This document shows positions 36,170-47,839 of a DNA stretch of 64,000 nt, one piece after another. The number at the start of each line of letters is the position of its first letter. Positions within the stretch are counted from its first letter, which is position 1. The stretch is from Takakia lepidozioides (taxonomy: Eukaryota; Plantae; Bryophyta). The stretch lies in contig CM060732.1 in assembly GCA_030704615.1 (NCBI GenBank), positions 74,214,001 through 74,278,000 of the forward strand. Reading direction: 5' to 3'. Made by a program: the position numbers and the translations under genes. The notes below the pieces were generated by a model, which had not been told where the DNA came from, searched no databases, and saw only the letters and a program-made list of their open reading frames with translations.

Positions 36170-36830
36170 AACAGAGTGCGGTGGCGCACTCATTTCAAAT
36201 GGATGCTAGGAGATCGCTTGGGCATTAGGAGGAAGGTGATGTTCACAGTTTAGGTCCGAGAAACAGTGGAGTGGTCACCCAGAACTGAGTGTGCCACCGC
36301 ACTCAATTTCTGAGCACCATGAAATCATTGAGTTGCTATTGAATGAGGTGAACGGTAGATAGAAAGTGTGTTTATTCCATTGTGAGATCTCTTATGAGTT
36401 CTGAGAATCACATTAAGTCTAACCTGGAAACTGAGTGCGGTGGCACACACAGTTCTGAGATGTGATCGACAACCTTTTTGGACAAACTCGAAGACCCCAT
36501 TGAACTCAAAACAGAAGTAGGCAGACAAAATGAAGGGCTCCCAGAACTGTGTGCGCCACCGCACTCAGTTTCGGAGCACCATAGAATGGTCAGTTTGCTT
36601 ATGAGAGAGGTGAAACGATAGTTAGAAAGTGTGTTTCATTCAAAGTGATATCTCTTTTGAGTTTTCAGATAGACAGAAACGATAACCTTGAAACTGAGTG
36701 CGGTGGCGCACTCAGTTCCGAGGTGAGATCGACCATGTACGTGGACAGAGGTAAAGACCCTTGTGGGCTTGCAACAGAAAGCAGGCAGACAAAGTGGAGG
36801 GCTCCCAGAGATGAGTGACAGAACTCTCAC
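36170..36830. repeat. Tandem repeat of about 262 bp carrying CTGAGTGCG-GTGG-CGCACTCAG hairpins in alternating orientation
   Basis: Unit starts near 36283, 36544 and 36806; hairpins at about 36175, 36285, 36430, 36546 and 36694. The same hairpin recurs at about 38255, 38391 and 38507. Confidence 0.8.
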
Positions 36831-37528
36831 TCCAACCTCAATTGGAATGATTTCCTCAAGTTTCAGCCTGATCTTCAACTCTTATATCAGTGGCATGTTC
36901 CTGGTGCTAGGGATAGGATAGGGGTATCCATAGCTATTCCAAAGAATTCTACTCTAATTCGTGCACCCATCAATATCACCATCCCTGCCTTGACCCAGAA
37001 GGTGGTCAAGTCTGGTCTGGTCTTCTTGTGTCCAGCTGCTCATTTCCTAGAAGTTGAAGGATGGAGGAGATTGACTGCCCTTAAGCATTTCCTGGTGGCC
37101 ACTGGTGTTCTAGATAGAGGATATAGGCAAGAAGTCAAGATCCTGATTGCTAATCCTGAGCGCTTCCCTGTGACTATTAAAAAGGGGCAGGTTCTGGCTC
37201 GCATCACTGCTCTGCCTATTGCTGAAATACAAGAGGTGCATGCTGGCTTTGGACTTGAGGCCATTGGCATCCAACATGGCCCCTTAGATGAGGTTGCTAC
37301 TTTTGCTCCACCACCTGTCTCTGATCTCAGCTCAGAAGGTAAGACAACCCTCACCAAAGTCTTATCTGAAATCAAGTTGGGCACAACTCTCTCCTCAGGA
37401 CAAAGAAGGAAAGTGAAAATGCTTATTGCAAAGAATCTAGATGTTTTCAGTTTGGGATCCACTGATCTAGGGCGCACTTCTATTCTCTAACATGACATTG
37501 TCACTGAAGGGGCTCATATTAAACAATT
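36830..37528 (+). mobile_element. 5' fragment of Gypsy pol with dUTPase-like domain, ending at the transposon insertion
   Basis: GVLDRGYRQEVKILIAN...IKKGQVLARI resembles dUTPase motifs 3-4. It is followed by the pre-RT segment DVFS...DLGRTSIL*HDIVTEGAHIKQF, which joins seamlessly to KQFAYRES at 7095. Confidence 0.75.
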
Positions 37529-38240
37529 CTCGGTTATCAACGTCAGGTCACGTCAGACCTGACGTTGACGGGACCTCCTTCACGTCAGGTTCGGGGAATA
37601 TTCTGGTAAAAATAGTACCAGGTAAAATACTGCCACTTAAGCAGCCACATCACCGACACGGTGGCGGTGGCAAATACATTTTGAAAATTAACAAAATGAA
37701 CGCGACCGCCAATTATGGCGGTCGCTTTGTTTTTTGAAATTAAAAAAGAAATAGCGACCGCCGTATTGGCGGTCGCTTCAATTTTATTTATTTTTAAAGC
37801 AAGATTGGCGGTCGCACTGGCTGTCGCTTTATTTTTCGAAATAGAAAAAGAAATAGCGACCGTCATATTGGCGGTCGCTTTATTTTTTGAATTAAAAAAA
37901 TAAATAACGACCGCTATGTTGGCGGTCGCTTCAATTTATTTTTTAAAAAACAAGATTGGCGGTCGCATTGGCGGTCGCCTAATTTAAAAAAGAAAACAGG
38001 CGACTGCCGTATTGGCAGTCGCACAATTTTATAAATATGTACAGAACAATCGACCGCCATATGGCGGTCGGATAATTTCAAAAAAGAAAAAAGAAAAAAA
38101 CATCGACCGCCATTGGGCGGTCGCTTAATTTAAAAAATGTATAGAAAAACAAACGACCGCCATATGGCGGTTGGTAAATTTAAAATTATATAAAAAAAAC
38201 AAGCGACATATGAAAATAAAAGTGACCACCACACTGGTGG
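37529..38240. mobile_element. Opposite end of the copy-1 transposon family: imperfect TIR, TGACG repeats and GCGACCGCC palindrome array (about 11 copies)
   Basis: CTCGGTTATCA here versus CCTAGTTATCA (reverse complement of the 7094 end). CGTCA/TGACG repeats at 37541-37590 and a palindrome array at 37655-38240. Confidence 0.8.
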
Positions 38241-38532
38241 TAGCTTGTTTTACCAGCGCACTCAGTTTTTTGAGCACCTGTAGATGGTTGATTTGATGAT
38301 GTCTGAGATGAACTATAAAGTGAAAATGATTGTGGAAATTGGAAAGCATTCTTTTTTAGCTATGGGAAAAACATCATAACACCCTAGAAACTGAGTGTGG
38401 TGGCGCACTCAATTTTAATAGTGGACTCCCAGATATTTGAAGACAGTAGGTAGGTCGAAGTTGATTTGGAATCCGGTTTTTAGCTGAATATATGTTTGTA
38501 CAGTTTTGAGTGTGGTGGCGCACTCAGTTTCT

Positions 38533-38795
38533 GTGTCGCGTCCCTTTGCCTTGAGGGCAGGGGGTCGGGTCGCAGAGGGGCTGCCCCTGTGGTGGGGGCG
38601 GTGGCAGCAATAGGTACGGGGGCTGAAGCACCCTTGAGTGCCCAAGGCACTCAAGGAGGCGGAGTGTCGCGGCCCTTTGCCTTGAGGGCAGGGGGTCGGG
38701 ACGCAGAGGGGTTGCCCTTGTGGTGGGGGCGGTGGCAGCAATAGGTACGGGGGCTAAAGCACCCTTGAGTGCCCAAGGCACTCAAGGAGGCGGAG
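38533..38795 (+). repeat. GC-rich direct tandem duplication of about 131 bp
   Basis: GTGTCGCG.CCCTTTGCCTTGAGGGCAGGGGGTCGGG...CACTCAAGGAGGCGGA occurs twice. Confidence 0.9.
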
Positions 38796-39159
38796 GCGCT
38801 CACTAGGTGGAGCCCCGCACACCAGGTTGCGGTGGGGGTGGATCCACAAGGGGTGGTGGTAGCTTAGTGGGACTTAGTGGGGGGTGGCATAAGACTCACC
38901 ATGGGGCGGAGACCGAGGTTTGCTATTTCATGAGCATGAGCGGCATGAGCGGCATGAGCAGAGTAGTAACACAATCGGTTTTCATGAGCAGAAGTACAAA
39001 TTTCGAAAATAAAAAACAATAAAAAACAATAATTTAATGCAATGTGTCAGGAAAAACAAATATATTATTCGGCCCCTTGAAGGGAAAATTGCACTTTTGA
39101 CAGTTGTGCTCATGATATTTCGTCTTCCGCTCATGCCAATTCCCAGCGACATGTGCAAA

Positions 39160-39740
39160 TATGGCGCCGAATTTCGCGGTAATAGGGTCCGTAACCTGAA
39201 AAAACGGCGACGTATTTCGCGGTAATAGGTCTCTCTGGCGAAAAATGGTGCCGAATTCCGCGGCTATAGGTCCCCTCATGACAGGTAATTCGGCGCCATT
39301 TTTCCAGTGCATGTTCGGACTTAGCCAGTTTTCGGCGCAAAATAGGGAAATTCGGCGCCATTTTTCCAGACACTGTACCAGTGCATGTTGGGACTTAGCG
39401 AGTTTTCGGCCCAAAAAAGAGAAATTCGGCGCCATTTTTCCAGACACGGTACCAGTGCATGTTGGGACTTATCGAGTTTTCGGCCCCAAAAAGAGAAATT
39501 CGGCGCCATTTTCCCAAACACAGGTACCAGTGCATGTTGGGACTTAGCGAGTTTTCGGCCCCAAAAGAGAAATTCGGCGCCATTTTTCCAGACACGGTAC
39601 CAGTGCATGTTGGGACTTAGCCAGTTTTCGGCCCCAAAAAGAGAAATTCGGCGCCATTTTCCCAAACACAGGTACCAGTGCATGTTGGGACTTAGCGAGT
39701 TTTCGGCCCCAAAAAGAGGAATTCGACGCCATTTTTCCAT
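39160..39740. repeat. 74-bp tandem repeat (about 6 copies plus degenerate ones) containing GAAATTCGGCGCCATTTT
   Basis: Motif at 39351, 39425, 39499, 39573, 39647 and 39722. Confidence 0.92.
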
Positions 39741-39896
39741 AAATGGCCCCACAACTGCTTCTGTTGGATCTCAGTTTGAATGGAATATTGCCTCATTCCA
39801 GGAGTTTTGGGGTGCATTTCATTACACTGCAAAAAAAAAGTCTGATACAACAAAATGCATTTGAAAATATCCATATGGAGGATTCCGTTTGCCCCA

Positions 39897-42800
39897 TCAA
39901 TGATTTCTGGAATCCCTAAGGAGGAGTTTGTGCAGCTCGTTCACGCTCAACGCCGGTGCATGAATAAAGTCATCAATAGTCACGTTCATCCTCAACCTCT
40001 TCAGATAAATGTAATACAGATGCTTGCACGGATAATACTTCGAACCCTTCTTTGCTTCCATCAACGAGAAGTCCGTACAGTTGCAAGTCGGCTCCACTCC
40101 AATCGTAATTGTGTATACATCGTCGCGTACAGCCGAGCCGGCCGTTGCCATCCGATACACACGCCCAAGGCCGGGTGGGGGTACGTCCACGGAGCTCTGA
40201 ATAGTGCAAGCCATCCCAAGAGCATTGGCAATCCGAGTCTCATTCAACTTGTTGGGAGGGTGTCGTCTCTTCACTCTTCCGAATCGCATTGTGGGATGTG
40301 CAGAATTGTCCAATCCGTCTCTACTGGACCGAGCAGTCTGCAATGGCTGGGTCTGAGGAACCGGAAATGCGTGGGCCGGGATGTCTGTGCGTTGCACCAT
40401 TCGAAATCCTGCTACAGATAGAGCATCCGCCTCATTCTGAGAGAGGCTGCAACCCGGTGCAACAGGCCAGACGCCCGGAGGCTCCGGCATTCCCTGAATC
40501 CCGTACTTGGGCTTGCCAAATACACAGGTCATTATGTCGTGCCTATAGAACCAAAATGTCTGCGTTGTGGCGTGAGCAAATGTGGGAGTCAAAAATCTGC
40601 CGCTGAAACAAGGTGCAGGTACAGCACCGTGTGGGTTCCTCCGAATCATCTCACCACAGCGTGCTCTCGTATCCACCCGGATGGCGCAACACTTCCCTCG
40701 AAATGCCGGCAATGTCCTCGCAATTCTCCACTGTGACTCCGACACTCTTGTCTCCACAATGGGAATGTTGTATTGCTTTACTACAGATGGCTCGTTATGT
40801 TGCCGGGGCACGCGCCCTGTGCTCAAAGGAGATGGCGATCTTGAACGTGCAGGACTTCCGGTGCTCAACGAGACCTCCTCGGGCAACATCACCGGACCAC
40901 GAGGGAGCGTGCGAATATTCTTGTCAGCTCGCCATGAATCCTCTTCTCCGCCAGGTGCCTCGTCAAGTCTTCGTCTCACTGGACGGGTATGAACATCTCC
41001 TTCCAAATGTTGGCCTCTTCGCAGCAATGGCGTGTCCCGAAGGCCCTCTCGCAAGGTCGCCGCCCACTTCCGAGGATTCTTCGATCTGGAGGCAGTCCGC
41101 ATCAGCATTTCCTGCCTGTCCGGCCCCAAGCCCCAATGTTTCCCTTTCATGAACTCGTTGTACCTGCATTGCTGCATAATTGACCTCACAATGTCCTCCG
41201 TTGTGGCAGTGAGGATGTCCACCAGATGCGCCGCAGAGGAGGCACGCCAGGAAGAGTGCACTGATTCGGCCATGTTTGTCGTGGGCATGTCGGTGTCGGA
41301 GTCGAGACACATTTCCTGCACAAGCACATGTTCAGGTTACAAGCAAGTTACAAATATGGCCAAGAATAATATCCAACGGGACGCGAATTCGTGCAACTCA
41401 CCTCCTGCATATAGTCGCCGAACTGGAGGAAACGATAATGCCACCATGCTAGCCAACTGACCATTGCTCCTTCGTCTGATTTCCTTACAGCACCTGACGA
41501 TGTCCACCAAGCCCGTATGCATGCAAACTGTGTCTCTGCATCATCCAAGGTGGGAGCGCGCTTCCACGCAAGGCACATGGAACGGTGCTCCTCTCTGAAA
41601 TCTGGCGCCACGAGCCTGGTTGTGTACTGCGAAAGGCTCTGTAGAAAATGGAACCCACAAGATCTCTCCTTGCCTTCCATGGGAACATTGGGGTCTTGCC
41701 CGTACACCCTTCGGATGGCAGCCCAATTTGTTTGTGCGTTGTCCGCCATGAAACCACGGAAATTGGGAGGGGGCAATCCCACCTTGGCCATCTGTTCGTT
41801 TATTCCCTGCCAAAGAAGCATCTCCGATTGTGTGTCCTCTCCTTTCATCTCAGAAATAGCAATTGTCATTAGCATCCTGCAGTGGGTGTCGTAGACATGT
41901 GCACCCATTGTCACCCACTGGTGATTTGTAATTCGCTTGATATGGTCGAACATGACCCAACTGTTTGACAAGTTCCCACTCGTCATCCTGTCGACCAGTT
42001 CGACGCCACTGCCAGGTCCACACGTGGACTTTTTGAATACGAAACAACGATCTGCCTCAGTCCCTTGTCCTGGAAACCTACTTCCATGAATGTAGTCATA
42101 TCCACATCGTCGCTTCACCTCCAGAATGGAGTGCATATCCGAGCCACGCCCAATTTTCTGTTTGCATGAGACAATGTGGTTTCGGACATTCGGTGAACAT
42201 ACGTGGGACACCGACTCCAGCAATGCCTCCATTTCCTTCTCGTCGAGAGGAACTCTATCGGAGCCGTCTTCCGACATAATTCTGGCCAATGCCATCTTAT
42301 GGGCGGCTTGGAGCTGTATCTGTTTGGGTTTGGCACCCGGTCTCAACTTAACCTCCTCCTGAACGAGCTGCTCTGCTTCGTGGGCAGCCTCCCGCGAGTT
42401 CCCCCTCGCCAATTTGTGACAATGGGAACCAACGTGTATGCAAGCTCGGGTGAGGTCAGGGAAACGGTGCAACACATAGAACTGCTTGGCATTAAAACAG
42501 ACATGCAGTGTGGTGGTTCTTTGCAATGCGCACACTTAAATGTGGAGTTCGGAACCTTCTCCTGAGCTCGAAATGGTTGGTGAGCTGTGCCTGTCCAATC
42601 GGTCTCGTTCCTGTGACCTCTGGATTTAAAGTGGAAGCAAGTTGGGGAGAAACACCGCAACTCGCCCGCACAAACAACGTAGCGCACCCGCACACCATCA
42701 AGCATCTTCATGCTGGTGGTTTTGGTAACGCACCAAGGATGACCGTCATGTTTTCTATCCATATCTGTCAACATTCCGGACGCCCTCGAGTAGTCCGCCC

Positions 42801-43487
42801 GAGGAGGGAACTCAAAGAAGATATTACCGTCGACGTCGGCGGGAAGGCATGTAACCGATTTAATTGCGAACTTGCTGTAGTCCAGCCCGGCCAGCTCCGA
42901 CCGGTGTCCTTCCAGGTGAAGCCCTCGCAGAATTTCAAGAATAGATCGAACTGCGGTGCTCGTGCTGGGAATATGACTCCCTCCTCCACTGACGTCCATT
43001 GAGGACTTGCCTGATCTCCAGGACGACCTCGGAACTTCCATGACCTCGTCTGAGTCGGACAGGTTGTGAACAACCCGGTTCTCGGTCGTCTTCATGGATA
43101 GGTTCGGCTCTGGATTTACTTCGTTGCGGACTTCTCTCTTTGAGGTACCCACTCTCTGATTCGCGGATTGTTTCGTGGAAGGCGCCAGGATAGACGGTGC
43201 ATTTGGCGGGCAAATGAAGTCCCCAACAGCCCTGTATATGACGCTGTCCGATGGTGGAACTCGCCATTCCCTGCCATCGCCGAAATCATCGTGGAGCACA
43301 ACAATACTCTCGACAACAAGGCCGTTTGAGTCCTTCCTTTCCTCCTCCAAAAAAACCGACCCCGGTTTCAGGTGGTATCGAACGCACAGATATTTCTCCA
43401 TCACCCGGCAGGTGTCCCCTCTGCACGGAAATGAAGCTCTATGCTCGTGAGGAGGGCAGTACACTGTAGCGCTCGGGTTTTCCGCCA
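39897..43487 (-). pseudogene. MULE-like DDE transposase with WRKY/GCM1-like domain and C-terminal SWIM Zn finger (copy 3, nearly complete)
   Basis: DRKHDGHPWC, WVMFDHIK, GFMADNAQ, CGFHF, TTNMAESVH, and SWIM motif CNCTDF...YPCKHL. One frameshift near 42510 and an intron near 41318-41401. Confidence 0.88.
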
Positions 43488-43789
43488 TGGGAGATGTGCA
43501 CACAAGACTGCCAGGATGGCGTGCGGGGAAGCTCCCTGGTAGAAGGGGGTGCAGCGATGGGAATGAATGCGATGCCGATTTGTCCGAGCGACGAAGCCTA
43601 ATCCAAATCCAGGGAGCCAACTATCTCAAAAATCCACAGTCAGAGTGTTAATGAACCTTGTCTCCGGAATGCGGCCCCTCGTCTTTGCGCAATAACTGCC
43701 AACGGTATGCAGTCAGAAAGTGGGGGGCCGTCCGGATGATGACGGCTGAAGGGGAGAAGCCGGCACCGTGCCGTCACATTACTACCCCC

Positions 43790-45560
43790 GAATGGAAATT
43801 CGGCACCCAATATCCAACAGAGGAAGCCCGGATGAAGTCGCCTCGGGCGCAGAGGCCGGCGCGTGTGCGACAGAGAATATCCCCTGGATGGAGATTCGGC
43901 GCCGAATTTCCATCCGGGCCCCCCCAAAGGAAGTCTTGTCGGGGGGTCAGACCGAAAACTGGCCGACATAAAAACCTCCCCAGATGGGAAAACGGCGCCG
44001 AATTTCAATTCGGGGCCGTTCCAATGCAGTCGGGGAGAAGGGAGAGGTCGGCACCTGGCCGTCATATTTCAACCCCCGGGACGGAAATTCGGCCCTGAAT
44101 ATCCAACAGAGCGGCGGAGAGGCGGCACCTCTCCGACAGAGACCATCCCCCGGATGGAAATTCGGCGCCGAATTTCCATCCAGCAGGTAAGTGGAATCCC
44201 GGATGGATGGAGATTCGGCGCCGAATTTCCATCCAGCAGGTAAGTGGAATCCCGGATGGATGGAGATTCGGCGCCGAATTTCCATCCAGCAGGTAAGTGG
44301 AATCCCGGATGGATGGAGATTCGGCGCCGAATTTCCATCCAGCAGGTAAGTGGAATCCCGGATGGATGGAGATTCGGCGCCGAATTTCCATCCAGCAGGT
44401 AAGTGGAATCCCGGATAAATGGAGATTCGGCGCCGGTTTCCATCCAGCAGGTAAGTGGAATCCCGGATACATGGAGATTCGGCGCCGAATTTCCATCCTG
44501 CAGGTAATTCGAATCCCGGATGAATGGAAATTCGGCGCCGAATTTCCATCCAGCAGGTAAGTGGAATCCCGGATGGATGGAGATTCGGCGCCGAATTTCC
44601 ATCCAGCAGGTAAGTCGGATCGGTGGCCTATGGATATTCGGCGCCGAATTTCCATTCGCCATGTATTTCATCGCTCAGAATTACCTTCCTGCAGGTAATT
44701 CCCAGATGAGAATTACCTTCCTGCAGGTAATTCCAATCGATGCCGGTAGGATGTTAATTCCTCGTCGAGAATTACCTACACGAAGGTAATTCTCATCGAG
44801 GAATTACCTGCACGAAGGTAATTCTCATCTGGGAATTACCTGCACGAAGGTAATTCCTCGCTCAGAAATACATGGCGAATGGAAATTCGGCGCCGAATTT
44901 CCATTCATCCGGGATTCGAATTACCTGCAGGATGGAAATTCGGCGCCGAATCTCCATCCATCCGGGATTCCACGTACCTGCTGGATGGAAATTCGGCGCC
45001 GAATTTCCATTTATCCGGGATTCGAATTACCTGCAGGATGGAAATTCGGCGCCGAATTTCCATTTATCCGGGATTCCACTTACCTGCAGGATGGAAATTC
45101 GGCGCCGAATTTCCATTCATCCGGTATTCGAATTACCTGCATGATGGAAATTCGGCACCGAATTACCTGCGTGAGGGAAATTCGGCGCGCCGGCCGCCCT
45201 ACCTGGCTGGATGGAAATTCGTCGCCGGATTTCCATCCGTGCGCTTCCAAATTACATGCGTGAGGGAAATTTCCAGCGCCGCCCTACCTCCGCGGATGGA
45301 AATTCGGCGCCGGACTTCCATCCGCTCGCTTCCGAATTACCTGCGTGAGGGAAATTTCCAGCGCCGCCCTACCTGGCTGGATGGAAATTCGTCGCCGGAT
45401 TTCCATCCGCGCGCTTCCGAATTACCTGCGTGAGGGAAATTTCCAGCGCCGCCCTTCCTCCGCGGATGGAAATTCGGCGCCGGATATCCATCCTGCTGCG
45501 CTCCGAATTACCTGCAGGATGGAAATCCGGCGCCGGAATTCCATCGTGCAGCGCTCCGAA
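43790..45560. repeat. 53-bp tandem array of the palindrome GAAATTCGGCGCCGAATTTC organised as a large inverted repeat around a core of AATTACCT..AGGTAATT hairpins
   Basis: Period 53 (44161, 44214, 44267...). CCATTCGCCATGTATTTC near 44652 is the reverse complement of GAAATACATGGCGAATGG near 44865. Core at 44680-44855. Confidence 0.92.
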
Positions 45561-46133
45561 TTACCTCTACGTTGGAAATTCCGGGACTGTTTACGTCGAT
45601 TTTCATCCGACATGGAGGGCTTCATCCGACATTTAATTGCGCAGTTGGGCAATAAATGTCGACCGCCGTCGGTTATTATTCGGGCTGGCGACGCATGGCT
45701 TCCTGGACACGTACCCTAAATCTCATGCTAAGCTTGGCTTAACATGGTATTCCAGGCATGTACCCCAAAAAAGGAGATCTTTTTGGCTGGGACTTATGCC
45801 GCCTGAAGGGCGTGGCTCTCCTGAGAGAGACCTCACATCCAGACCGCGGCGGAAGTTGAAAGCTCTGTACTACGGACGACGGCCAATCTCTCGCATGGCC
45901 AAACTGAAGCTCCAGCAGGAGATTCCAGTGTCTTGCTCACAACCTGCGCCAACTGAAGCCGAGTACTCTCAGGCAAGCCACTTCTGCTTTCGGTTTGTTC
46001 GATTTATTTTTTGCTTTCGCTTTAGCCATTTTCGGAGCCCTGACTGGAAATTCGGCGCCATTTTCCCTAACACCACTTGAGGCCTCTAACATCCTGAAAT
46101 GCCAGGACTTGAAAGAAAGACAGCGCGTATGTA

Positions 46134-47233
46134 CCTGTACAGAAGGCGCATTGCTGCTTTGTCCGCGTTCGGCTGGTCGGTGAACTCGTGGCTCCGGCAA
46201 GCATCTGCTATCTCCCGAAAGAATAGGTTGGTTTTGTAGAGCAGAAAGTACCTCGTCACATAGTCACGTAGGCTCTCTGCTGCAGGAGATATCTCCATCT
46301 TGAACTGATGTGCTTGTGTGTCCAGCTGCTCTTGCGCATTCGTCGTCACCTGTGGAGATTGTCCATCAGATCGCTTTCCTCAAAAAATACAATGAATCCA
46401 CCCCCTACTAGAGTAGAAGCCCCAAACGAAGCGTGGGGAAGTACCTGAAACCACCATGTCATGCGGTTCATCCACATGTCGAATGTGGGGTCAGAGAGTT
46501 TGTCCGGTTTGGGGAAGCTCCACATGTCCCTGGTACTTTGGGAACCATTCCAGATTTGGAGCCACCGGGTCTGTCCAACCACCCAACATATTCGTAAGCG
46601 CCAAACACCACAAAAAGGAGTTGTTGCCACCACAATTTTGTTAAGAATGTATCACCTTTTCTGTTGCATCCACACAGGATGTGGCTAGACGATGGAGCTT
46701 CTCCAATGTCATCGTGGGCTTCAGAGCGCGAGAGTAGTGCTTCCCCATCTCCACCAGAAAGTCGGCACCAAGGGCGGGATCAGCTATGGCCACGTACTTT
46801 ACCATCCGCGACTTGTACTTTATGCGGGCCCTCACCTCCGCAGCTTTGACATACGATTCGAGTTCCGGGAGGGTTGGATTCTTCTCCTCTGACTCCATGT
46901 AGAACCTCCGCGCATGTGCCAAATCCTGCTGTATTTTCGTCTGTCAAGAATGCGCACATAAGATTAGAGATCCTGCTCAACACAATTTCTTCTATTGGGG
47001 GAGGAGAGACAGATTAGCTCAACAAAACTGTCAGGAGCTTTACCCGAAATATGTAGTCCACCATGGCGTCGACGCTCAGCCTATACCAAGTTCTGTCTGC
47101 CTTTGCCTCCGACTTGCGCAGGAGGTCGGCACTGAGGGAATTGGCAAACTCTTGCACCCCCTGCTTCCCGACATCCTTCACTCGGAAGAGCATATGGGAC
47201 AAGTTGGTGGCAATGAAGGCATTCTCAGTCACC
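46134..47233 (-). pseudogene. Homologue of the ParB-like partner gene (middle and C-terminal exons; N-terminal ParB-like exon missing)
   Basis: TNLSHMLFRVK..TWYRL matches TSLVHTLFRIQ..TWYSL; DPALGADFL..EKLHRLA matches DPGLGSEFL..EKLHRLA; RWLQIWN matches RWLEIWN; FDMWMNRMTWW matches FDNWLHKATFW; FFREI matches FFREF. Intron positions are shared. Confidence 0.8.
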
Positions 47234-47262
47234 CTGCAGTGCCACATTTCCATCAAACAATT

Positions 47263-47833
47263 AGTGTGTGGTGTGCACATGTGTTGTGTGATTTTGGACA
47301 GCGATGTAGTTGTGTAGCGATATGTATACGCACGACAGCTGTCAAGTTATTTTACCACTAGTGTGAAACTAGCTAGGAAATAGCTAGCTTTTACATATTG
47401 ACATTTGGGATTGGCCCAAGTGTCAATCCAGGGGTCAAGGCAGATTTAGGCCCTGGAGTGGTTATCTTCACGGCAAACGTGGGAGGCTCATCTTTCTCGA
47501 GTTGAGCCTCACCGCGCCTAGCTATGGCGCCGTAGTGTGGATTCCCCATGGCGTGGGGTGCACTTGGCTTGACTTGTATTTGAGTGATGAGGTTATATAT
47601 GCATGAGTTTATGCTTCAGATTTGTGAACTCGTGCTTGTATTCTTCTTCTTTATCATTGTGTGGACTAGTGACTGCCATAGTGGGCAGCATAGTGGCAGC
47701 CTAGTGACTGACTAGTTGTAGCCTAGTGGTTGGACTAGTGGTGGACTAGTGGTATACTAGTGTGTGGTGTGCACATGTGTTGTGTGGTTTTGGACAGCGA
47801 TGTAGTTGTGTAGCGATATGTATGCGCACCACA
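47263..47833 (+). repeat. LTR-derived segments related to the 15447-15609 LTR (partial copy 47263-47337, copy 47658-47833)
   Basis: Near-identical 3' LTR segment ending in CA. No TSD found. Confidence 0.65.
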
Positions 47834-47839
47834 CTGCAA

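Larger units (their letters stand above)
38910..47260 (-). mobile_element. Large MULE-like transposon, copy 3 (different subfamily), truncated on the right
   Basis: CATGAGC repeats near 38930 (possible terminus), GAAATTCGGCGCC arrays, a transposase with SWIM finger, and a homologue of the partner gene. Boundaries are approximate. Confidence 0.7.

Noticed and set aside
43947-45433. Multiple 180-200 aa repetitive ORFs (MEIRRRISI...)
   Set aside because: Products of a 53-bp repeat that is not a multiple of 3 and reads open in many frames on both strands. The same applies to the ORFs at 39034-39864.
45650-46130. A methyltransferase or nuclease domain at the C-terminus of the partner gene
   Set aside because: No DPPY/FxGxG or other recognisable motif was found in the frames examined, and exon structure here is unresolved.
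47255-47262. Another AAACAATT at the truncation of copy 3
   Set aside because: The 8-mer occurs several times by chance in the window (e.g. near 31866, 33367, 50545) and no transposon terminus lies beside it.
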